Shown here: positions 24,982-32,000 of the stretch, piece after piece
How positions within the stretch are numbered: position 1 is the stretch's first letter
Layout: each line of letters starts with the position of its first letter
Assembly: GCF_018336915.1 (NCBI RefSeq)
Contig: NZ_CP064923.1
Span: 5,430,001-5,462,000 of the forward strand
Length of the DNA: 32,000 nt
Direction: 5' to 3'
From: Acaryochloris marina S15
GTDB lineage: Bacteria > Cyanobacteriota > Cyanobacteriia > Thermosynechococcales > Thermosynechococcaceae
The notes under the pieces: model-generated
Seen by the model: only the letters and a program-made list of their open reading frames with translations
Told to the model about the DNA's origin: nothing
Database searches by the model: none
Program-made: the position numbers and the translations under genes

Positions 24982-27900
24982 ATGACCAACCCAGCCAATT
25001 CTCAAGAATCTCATGATGTTATAAGCTCTGATCTTGATCATGATAGAACTTCTGAAATAGAATTCTCGCTTAGCAATAATTCAACTCTCTTAAGCGACCA
25101 GAAAGAAGACGAACATCTGTTTAAAGATGAGACAAAACCACCACAACCTTCCATTGAAGCATTAGAATCTTTATCAATTGAAGGGGCAAGCTCTCAGCAA
25201 AACGATTTCGTTGAACAATATCGTTTCGACGAGTATCTTAACAGCAAAACTTTTTCTCTTTCTCCAAATCTTACCTCTCTACTTAACCCTGCAGAGCAAC
25301 AAGCAAGCTGTTTAAACTGTGGTCAAGTGGGATGCGCTTGTTCACCTAACCGGACCCAGCAACAAGACGACCCTCATTACCATCATGGCCATACGTCACA
25401 CCATCATGGCCATACGTCACACCATGCTCATGGTTTAGAGGGAGACTTCCCTGTATGGAATACAGCTAACACTTCAGCTAATATCAACCCATCTTCTTCT
25501 CTAGCTGTTAGCAATACATTTCAACTCCACAGCAATCCCAATGCGCAACACACGATTTACTTAGACTTTGACGGACATACCACATCCGGAACATGGTGGA
25601 ACAATGGGGGAACCATCCGATCTTCCGCCTATAATCGAGACGGTAATAGCGCGTCTTTCAGTACAAGTGAATTATTAGAAATTCAGTCGATTTGGCAGCA
25701 GGTCGCTGAGGATTTTGCCCCTTTTAATGTCAACGTCACGACCCAAGACCCAGGCGCTGCAGCCTTAAGCAGAACAAGTAGCAGCGACAGTCAATGGGGC
25801 GTTCGTGTTTTATTCACTGATAACCGCAACGAGATAGATGGTACGGCAGTTGCTGCAGGCGCAGGAGGCATTGCCTATGTCGGTAGTTTTAATCGCAATG
25901 TTGATCAGGCCGTTTTTGTTTTTAATAAAGGGGCTAGAGCTGCTGCCGTCACTGCAAGTCATGAAGTTGGGCACAGTTTATATCTCAGGCACGATGGTAT
26001 CAGTGGTCAGACCGCTTACCATCCTGGCCATGGCAGCGGTGCCACGAGTTGGGGCACTATCATGGGAGCCCCTTTTCAGGAAAACCTGACGCAATGGAGT
26101 AAAGGAGATTACTACAACGCAGATAACACTGAAGACGACCTTGCCATCATCACCACAAGAAATGGCTTTGATTATCGCTCCGACGATCATGGCAATAGCC
26201 AAGCCAATGCTTCAGCACTATCCCTAAACAATGCCGGTCAAATGAGTTCCTTCGGCATTATTGAAAGGAATACAGATGTTGACTATTTTTCCTTCACAAC
26301 AGGAGCAGGCGACGTTTCATTTACAATTACTCCTACATCAAAAGCATTCGTTGGGAATGGTAGCGGTGGCTATGCCACTGAATACTTAGATGCTCAAGGC
26401 GCTAATCTCGATATCTGGGCGGGACTATACAACTCTAATGGCACATTGTTAACATCTTCTAACCCGAGCAATCTTTTAACTGCAAGTTTAGACTTGTCCC
26501 TTACTGCAGGAACTTACTTTATCCGCATTGATGGTGTGGGCAAAGATAATCCCTTAGTCAGTGGATCACAAGGCTATTCTGATTATGGCAGTTTGGGCCA
26601 GTATTCAATCCTTGGCAATGTTGAATCACTCTCCGCGAGAATAATTGAAGCATCAGGGAATGCCTCATTACTCACTACGGTGGTTGGTTATCAACTTCAA
26701 GGGCAGGGAGCTGCTGCTCAGTTTCTTCGGTTGAACGGAAATGTGGTCAGCGAAAACACTTTCTCCGGCTGGTCTGCTATTGGTGTAGAGCGGTTAGGGC
26801 AAGGGTATCAGTTACTGTGGAAAAATGTTGATGGACGCTATTTAGACTGGCGGGTGGATGCAAATGGGACTTATCAGAGCTCTCAAAGTATCAGTGAAAC
26901 AGAACTCACTAGTTTAGAACCGACTTTTCAGCAAGATCTCAATGGTGATCAAGAGATTGGATGGGCATCAACGGCGATAGAAACGGTTGGGACTGCCTCC
27001 TTAACAACAACGGCAGTTGGTTATCAACTGCAAGGGCAGGGAGCTGCTGCTCAGTTTCTTTGGTTGAACGGAAATGTGGTCAGCGAAAACACTTTCTCTG
27101 GCTGGTCTGCTATTGGTGTAGAGCGGTTAGGGCAAGGGTATCAATTACTGTGGAAAAATGTTGATGGACGCTATTTAGACTGGCGGGTGGATGCAAATGG
27201 GACTTATCAGAGCTCTCAAAGTATCAGTGAAACAGAACTCACTAGTTTAGAACCGACTTTTCAGCAAGATCTCAATGGTGATCAAGAGATTGGATGGGCA
27301 TCAACGGCGATAGAAACGGTTGGGACTGCCTCCTTAACAACAACGGCAGTTGGTTATCAACTGCAAGGGCAGGGAGCTGCTGCTCAGTTTCTTTGGTTGA
27401 ACGGAAATGTGGTCAGCGAAAACACTTTCTCTAGCTGGTCTGCTATTGGTGTAGAGCGGTTAGGGCAAGGGTATCAGTTACTGTGGAAAAATGTTGATGG
27501 ACGCTATTTAGACTGGCGGGTGGATGCAAATGGGACTTATCAGAGCTCTCAAAGTATCAGTGAAACAGAACTCACTAGTTTAGAACCGACTTTTCAGCAA
27601 GATCTCAATGGTGATCAAGAGATTGGATGGGCATCAACGGCGATAGAAACGGTTGGGACTGCCTCCTTAACAACAACGGCAGTTGGTTATCAACTGCAAG
27701 GGCAGGGAGCTGCTGCTCAGTTTCTTTGGTTGAACGGAAATGTGGTCAGCGAAAACACTTTCTCCGGCTGGTCTGCTATTGGTGTAGAGCGGTTAGGGCA
27801 AGGGTATCAGTTACTGTGGAAAAATGTTGATGGACGCTATTTAGACTGGCGGGTGGATGCAAATGGGACTTATCAGAGCTCTCAAAGTATCAGTGAAACA

Positions 27901-28671
27901 GAACTCACTAGTTTAGAACCGACTTTTCAGCAAGATCTCAATGGTGATCAAGAGATTGGATGGGCATCAACGGCGATAGAAACGGTTGGGACTGCCTCCT
28001 TAACAACAACGGCAGTTGGTTATCAACTGCAAGGGCAGGGAGCTGCTGCTCAGTTTCTTTGGTTGAACGGAAATGTGGTCAGCGAAAACACTTTCTCTGG
28101 CTGGTCTGCTATTGGTGTAGAGCGGTTAGGGCAAGGGTATCAGTTACTGTGGAAAAATGTTGATGGACGCTATTTAGACTGGCGGGTGGATGCAAATGGG
28201 ACTTATCAGAGCTCTCAAAGTATCAGTGAAACAGAACTCACTAGTTTAGAGCCGACTTTTCAGCAAGATCTCAATGGTGATCAGAGAATTGAGCAAGCTT
28301 CTCTCGCTCATAATTTAAGATATGGTGATTTATTACTAGGTGGTCCTAGTGATCAGATGCTGGTGGGGAATGCTAGGAATGATTTGCTAATAGCAGGAGA
28401 TAGCTCAGATCAATTTGTTTTTTTGAATCCCACGGATGGTATTGATACGATTACTGTTATACCTGGTAAAGATTTGATTCAGATCTCTGCTGCAGACTTT
28501 GGCAGGGATTTAGTGGGTGATGTACATTTAGCCAGTGAACAATTTGGATTAGGGGTTGCGGCAACCCCTGACCAGGAAAGTTTTTTGTATGATCAGCTTT
28601 CGGGATATTCACGCTATGATGCTGACGGTATAGATGGCATCGCTTCTATCCATATTGCGACTCTTAGCTGA
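24982..28671 (+). CDS. Large modular extracellular zinc metalloprotease: Cys/His-rich pro-region, reprolysin-like catalytic domain, PPC domain, 5 x 111-aa tandem modules, RTX-like C-terminus
   Basis: Zinc site HEVGHSLYLRHDG (25960-25998), preceded by LHSNPNAQHTIYLDFDGH. Pre-peptidase C-terminal-type domain (DVDYFSFTTGAGDVSFTI...GTYFIRIDGVG). The C-terminal segment LLGGPSDQMLVGNARNDLLIAGDSSDQFVF...YDADG resembles the tail of type I secreted Ca-binding proteins. No N-terminal signal peptide. Confidence 0.85.
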   Translation: MTNPANSQESHDVISSDLDHDRTSEIEFSLSNNSTLLSDQKEDEHLFKDETKPPQPSIEALESLSIEGASSQQNDFVEQYRFDEYLNSKTFSLSPNLTSLLNPAEQQASCLNCGQVGCACSPNRTQQQDDPHYHHGHTSHHHGHTSHHAHGLEGDFPVWNTANTSANINPSSSLAVSNTFQLHSNPNAQHTIYLDFDGHTTSGTWWNNGGTIRSSAYNRDGNSASFSTSELLEIQSIWQQVAEDFAPFNVNVTTQDPGAAALSRTSSSDSQWGVRVLFTDNRNEIDGTAVAAGAGGIAYVGSFNRNVDQAVFVFNKGARAAAVTASHEVGHSLYLRHDGISGQTAYHPGHGSGATSWGTIMGAPFQENLTQWSKGDYYNADNTEDDLAIITTRNGFDYRSDDHGNSQANASALSLNNAGQMSSFGIIERNTDVDYFSFTTGAGDVSFTITPTSKAFVGNGSGGYATEYLDAQGANLDIWAGLYNSNGTLLTSSNPSNLLTASLDLSLTAGTYFIRIDGVGKDNPLVSGSQGYSDYGSLGQYSILGNVESLSARIIEASGNASLLTTVVGYQLQGQGAAAQFLRLNGNVVSENTFSGWSAIGVERLGQGYQLLWKNVDGRYLDWRVDANGTYQSSQSISETELTSLEPTFQQDLNGDQEIGWASTAIETVGTASLTTTAVGYQLQGQGAAAQFLWLNGNVVSENTFSGWSAIGVERLGQGYQLLWKNVDGRYLDWRVDANGTYQSSQSISETELTSLEPTFQQDLNGDQEIGWASTAIETVGTASLTTTAVGYQLQGQGAAAQFLWLNGNVVSENTFSSWSAIGVERLGQGYQLLWKNVDGRYLDWRVDANGTYQSSQSISETELTSLEPTFQQDLNGDQEIGWASTAIETVGTASLTTTAVGYQLQGQGAAAQFLWLNGNVVSENTFSGWSAIGVERLGQGYQLLWKNVDGRYLDWRVDANGTYQSSQSISETELTSLEPTFQQDLNGDQEIGWASTAIETVGTASLTTTAVGYQLQGQGAAAQFLWLNGNVVSENTFSGWSAIGVERLGQGYQLLWKNVDGRYLDWRVDANGTYQSSQSISETELTSLEPTFQQDLNGDQRIEQASLAHNLRYGDLLLGGPSDQMLVGNARNDLLIAGDSSDQFVFLNPTDGIDTITVIPGKDLIQISAADFGRDLVGDVHLASEQFGLGVAATPDQESFLYDQLSGYSRYDADGIDGIASIHIATLS
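25381..25422 (+). repeat. Perfect 21-bp tandem duplication (catcatggccatacgtcacac x2)
   Basis: Positions 25381-25401 are identical to 25402-25422. The duplication is in frame and encodes HHGHTSH-HHGHTSH within DDPHYHHGHTSHHHGHTSHHAHG. Confidence 0.95.
26641..28290 (+). repeat. Five in-frame tandem copies of a 333-bp (111-aa) unit
   Basis: Unit starts are at about 26641, 26974, 27307, 27640 and 27973. Units 2-5 differ from each other at only 1-3 positions by manual alignment (tctggc/tctagc/tccggc; caatta/cagtta; gaaccg/gagccg). Unit 1 diverges only in its first 60 nt or so. Unit 5 decays after ggtgatcag (about 28283). Confidence 0.95.
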
Positions 28672-28895
28672 AGGCCTGGGCTATCTCCTTAAGATATTCA
28701 ACTTGTGCTTTAATGTGAGCTATTTTTCATTGGGTTGATAATCCTCACATCATTAAGTACTAAGAAACACAAATTTCTAAAGAGTCAATCTAGCAACTTG
28801 TAACAGTCGTGCTACCCTGTTGGCAATTCTAATTATTTTGTCTTGGAATTAGCTTTCCCTAGATGAGCGCCACATTAGTTCGACCGAAGTAATTT

Positions 28896-31800
28896 GTGTA
28901 CGTAAAACAACTCGAGCTTTCTCATTTCAAGTCTTTTGGTAGCACCACTTCGATTCCTTTGCTGCCAGGGTTTACGGTTGTTAGCGGACCGAATGGTTCC
29001 GGTAAATCTAATTTATTAGATGCCTTGTTGTTTGCCTTGGGATTAGCAGGGTCACGGGGAATGCGGGCGGAGCGTTTGCCAGACTTGGTAAATCATGCCC
29101 AAATTAAGCGGGGACATGCGATCGCAGAGACCCGAGTCACGGTCACCTTCGAACTATCCCCCCAAGAGCTGGAAGAGTTAGCAGCAGCGGAAGCTGCCGA
29201 AGCCGAAGAAGCCGAAAGACACACCGACACCACGACGGTATCAGCGATACCAAAACCGGATACGGAATCCACTCTAGCCCCCAATGAATGGCAGGTAACT
29301 CGCAAACTGCGGGTGACCAAGCAAGGCACCTATACCTCGTCCTATGCCATTAATGGCGAGTCCTGCACCCTCACCCAGCTCCACGAGCAGCTGAATCGCC
29401 GTCGGATTTATCCAGAGGGCTATAACGTCGTCCTCCAAGGGGACGTCACCAGCATTATTTCCATGAACGCCCGGCAACGCCGAGAAATTATTGATGAGCT
29501 GGCCGGGGTTGCTAACTTTGACCGGCGGATTAATCAGGCCAAAGATAAGCTAGATGCCGTTAAAGATCAAGAAGAGCGTTCCCGCATCGTCGAGCAGGAA
29601 CTCAATGATCAGTGCGAACGCCTAGCCCGTGATCGGATCAAAGCGGAAAAGTATCAGAAACTGCGCACTGAACTGCAATCGAAAGCGGCCTGGGAAGGGG
29701 TGCTTGCCTGGCGTGACTTACAAGCCCAGATTGACAAGAAACAAAAACAACTCGCCACGGAACAGAAAACCCAAGCCAAGCTAGAGACCGAAACAACGGT
29801 ATTAGCCACGGAATTAGAAGAAATCTCCCAGAAGCTGGCAACCCTCAATGCCCAAGTCAAAGCTCTAGGAGAAGAAGAACATCTCGCCCTCCAAGCTCAA
29901 ATTGCCACCCAGGAAGCTGAACTCAAGCAGCTCCAGCGCCAGCAAGGTGAACTGGAGCAATCGCAACAGCAAGTCGCCCAATCCATTCAACATACGCAAC
30001 AGCAACTGCAAACCTTCCAGGCTGAGATTAAGCAGGTTAGTGAACAACACCAAATATTAACCACTACTGAAGTTGCCCGGTTAACTCAGGCTCGTGAACA
30101 GGCCCAGCAAGCCCTGGATACCACCCGGCAACAGGCTCAGGCCATTGCCCAATCTGCTGATGCCTGGATCGAGCAGCAATCCCACCTGAATCAGCAAATC
30201 AAAACGGTTCTGCAAGCTTTGGAACCCCAGCGGGCCGAACAAGCTCAACTACAAGAGCGGGTCCAGCAATTAGATCGCCAAAGCGATCTCCAGCAGCAAT
30301 CGGTTCAGCAGATCGCCCAAGAGTTGACGGAGACCCAAGAACAGCTAGAGGCAGCTGAAGCTGAGGTCTTACAACGACAAGAGCAGGTGCAAGATTGTGC
30401 GGGTGCGATCGCAGAAGTGGATCACGATATCAATACCCAGCAAGAAACCCACAATCGACTGCTACGCGAACAACAAGAGAAGCAGCGCCAGCTCGACAAA
30501 CTAGAAGCCCAAGAACAGGCCCAGCAAGAAGTTCAGGGTACCCATGCCACCCATATCATTCGTAAAGCCAAACTGGCAGGAGTCCATGGTCTCGTAGCTC
30601 AACTAGGGCAAGTAGATGCCCATTATCAAACCGCCTTAGAAATTGCTGCGGGCGGTCGCCTTGGTTGTCTAGTCGTCGATGATGACGCCGTCGCCTCAGC
30701 CGGCATTGACCTCTTAAAGCGAGAGCGAGGCGGACGAGCGACCTTCTTGCCCCTGAATAAAATGCGCCCCCCGAAGGGACTGCCCTCCTTAACCGCCTCA
30801 GGTGCCATTGATTTTGCCATCGAACTGATCGATTTTGACCCGATTTATGAACCAATTTTTGCCTTTGTATTTGGCAATACCGTTGTCTTCAAAACCCTGA
30901 GTGATGCCCGTCGCCATATCGGTAAATACCGGATGGTGACGCTGGATGGAGAACTTCTGGAACCCACGGGTGCCATGACGGGAGGCAGCCGCAATCGCCA
31001 TAACACCCTTCATTTTGGTACGGGTGAAGCAGGAGAATCAGCTGCCATTATGGCGTTGAAACAACGCCTATCAGAAATTGCGACGTTGCTACAGCCCATT
31101 GAAAACAAAATTGAGCAGACCCAAGCTCGATTAACCAGTAAACATCAAGAGTTAAGCGGCCTGCGTCAGCAACATCGTGAGGCCCAGCTCAAAACGGAAC
31201 AGTTGCAGAAAGAACTCAAGGTGTTGGCCGACCGACAAGCCCACCTAGAAAAGCAGCAGCAAACCTATGGCCTAGATTTGAAGGGCGCTCAGGATCGCCT
31301 CCAGACCCTGCAAACCAATTTGCCCCAACAAGAAACAGAGTTAGAACAGCTGCGAGAATCCCTAGAAGAACTGGAACAGTCCCAAACCCACGGTGAATGG
31401 AAGACCCTACAAAACCAGATTCAGGGCCAAGAGTCGATTGTGGCCGGACGAGAACAGGCCCTGCGCGAAGTCCAACAAAAGATTCAAGAGCTGACTAGCC
31501 AGCAAGAGCGTCTGCACGAGAAACAAGAACAGGCCGAGGTCACCCTCCAAACCTTGCACACCCAAACCGAAACCCAGGTCACCCAAAAAACCGAAAATCA
31601 AGAACAGCAACAGAAAATCGAGGCCACCATCGCCACGTTCCGCACCGAGTTGGGTAAATTGGAAGAGCGCTTAGGGAGTGAGAAACAAGAACGCGATCGC
31701 GTCGAGACCCATCTACAAGAACGCACCGCTGCCCATCAGCAATTGCTATGGCAAATCCAAAAAACCCAAGATAAGCAGCAGGAGCAACAAGAGCTAATTC

Positions 31801-32000
31801 AGCAGCTACAAACCCAACTACAAGCCAAAGCAACAGAACTCCCCGACCCCTTACCGGAAATTCCGGATGACCTCACCCTAGAGCAGCTTCGCGAGGAATT
31901 GCAAAAGCTGCAAAAGCGCCTCCAGGCCATGGAGCCGGTGAATATGCTGGCCATCGAGGAATACGAGCGGACCCAAGAGCGGCTGGTTGAGTTAACGGAC
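28896..32000 (+). CDS. smc: Chromosome segregation protein SMC (5' partial, runs off the window)
   Basis: It is absent from the ORF track because it has a GTG start and no stop in the window. My translation begins (M)YVKQLELSHFKSFGSTTSIPLLPGFTVVSGPNGSGKSNLLDALLFALG (Walker A). This is followed by a long Q/E-rich coiled coil, then the hinge (GVHGLVAQLGQVDAHYQTALEIAAGGRLGCLVVDD...TFLPLNK...GKYRMVTLDGELLEPTGAMTGG), then a second coiled coil. The frame is open for 1035 codons to position 32000. Confidence 0.9.
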   Translation, partial: MYVKQLELSHFKSFGSTTSIPLLPGFTVVSGPNGSGKSNLLDALLFALGLAGSRGMRAERLPDLVNHAQIKRGHAIAETRVTVTFELSPQELEELAAAEAAEAEEAERHTDTTTVSAIPKPDTESTLAPNEWQVTRKLRVTKQGTYTSSYAINGESCTLTQLHEQLNRRRIYPEGYNVVLQGDVTSIISMNARQRREIIDELAGVANFDRRINQAKDKLDAVKDQEERSRIVEQELNDQCERLARDRIKAEKYQKLRTELQSKAAWEGVLAWRDLQAQIDKKQKQLATEQKTQAKLETETTVLATELEEISQKLATLNAQVKALGEEEHLALQAQIATQEAELKQLQRQQGELEQSQQQVAQSIQHTQQQLQTFQAEIKQVSEQHQILTTTEVARLTQAREQAQQALDTTRQQAQAIAQSADAWIEQQSHLNQQIKTVLQALEPQRAEQAQLQERVQQLDRQSDLQQQSVQQIAQELTETQEQLEAAEAEVLQRQEQVQDCAGAIAEVDHDINTQQETHNRLLREQQEKQRQLDKLEAQEQAQQEVQGTHATHIIRKAKLAGVHGLVAQLGQVDAHYQTALEIAAGGRLGCLVVDDDAVASAGIDLLKRERGGRATFLPLNKMRPPKGLPSLTASGAIDFAIELIDFDPIYEPIFAFVFGNTVVFKTLSDARRHIGKYRMVTLDGELLEPTGAMTGGSRNRHNTLHFGTGEAGESAAIMALKQRLSEIATLLQPIENKIEQTQARLTSKHQELSGLRQQHREAQLKTEQLQKELKVLADRQAHLEKQQQTYGLDLKGAQDRLQTLQTNLPQQETELEQLRESLEELEQSQTHGEWKTLQNQIQGQESIVAGREQALREVQQKIQELTSQQERLHEKQEQAEVTLQTLHTQTETQVTQKTENQEQQQKIEATIATFRTELGKLEERLGSEKQERDRVETHLQERTAAHQQLLWQIQKTQDKQQEQQELIQQLQTQLQAKATELPDPLPEIPDDLTLEQLREELQKLQKRLQAMEPVNMLAIEEYERTQERLVELTD

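Noticed and set aside
26961-28163. Three identical 67-aa plus-strand ORFs (MGINGDRNGWDCLL...) at 26961, 27627 and 27960
   Set aside because: They are an alternative frame of the 333-bp tandem units. Their periodicity mirrors the repeat, and the copy in unit 3 is broken by the tctagc variant. They are frame shadows, not genes.
26641-28290. Tandem repeat array as a CRISPR array or a DGR template/variable-region pair
   Set aside because: The units are contiguous with no spacers and lie in frame within one long CDS. There is no cas gene or reverse transcriptase in the window. The few differences between units are not adenine-specific.
28863-28892. 9-codon upstream ORF (MSATLVRPK*) in frame with smc
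   Set aside because: It is most simply a chance ATG before the true GTG start. There is no evidence for a regulatory uORF.
1741-31833. Numerous 60-115-aa ORFs antisense to or out of frame with larger genes. Examples: 1741-2085, 2342-2557, 3553-3885, 4665-4874, 4815-5159, 5426-5722, 7289-7519, 10294-10554, 11922-12234, 12792-13961, 14131-14397, 14199-15103, 15717-15929, 16790-16993, 19790-20026, 20444-21058, 21280-22457, 23791-24000, 25838-26202 and 29093-31833.
   Set aside because: Each is fully embedded in a longer ORF that has clear family motifs. Their translations are low-complexity or Arg/Ser/Pro-rich in the way typical of shadow frames.

Overview
This is a cyanobacterial chromosomal segment. 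I count 14 copies of the HIP1 octamer GCGATCGC, and the gene content fits (hemJ, HupE/UreJ behind a B12 riboswitch, a PRC-barrel protein, pilin-like G/H proteins). About 30 protein genes are supportable. I found no rRNA, tRNA, CRISPR array, transposase or integrase.

Content from left to right:
- a pilin-like lipoprotein
- a decayed hicB
- a hexapeptide acyltransferase and an alpha/beta hydrolase
- a PRC-barrel protein overlapping a SAM methyltransferase
- a cobalamin riboswitch, hupE and terminator unit
- sdhA
- a prepilin-type pilin-like gene
- a Coq4-like gene divergent from tetR, with a perfect 9-2-9 palindrome between them
- higBA
- an alpha/beta hydrolase and a GH1 beta-glucosidase
- a stand-alone degenerate Ser/Thr pseudokinase
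- two orphan ORFs
- a BcsA-like glycosyltransferase with a C-terminal PilZ domain
- a PilH-like receiver plus a CYTH protein
- prohibitin, a histidine kinase and hemJ as a tight minus-strand cluster
- msrA
- a roughly 920-bp AT-rich gap
- a 1229-aa gene for a metalloprotease with no N-terminal signal peptide and an RTX-like tail, containing five near-identical 333-bp tandem modules
- the 5' 3.1 kb of smc, which is missing from the ORF track because it has a GTG start and runs off the window

The candidates I rank highest for something undescribed are the modular metalloprotease locus, the TetR/Coq4-like regulon, the pseudokinase, and the partner-less PilZ glycosyltransferase neighbourhood. All functional calls rest on motifs I recognised by eye. 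No database search was run.
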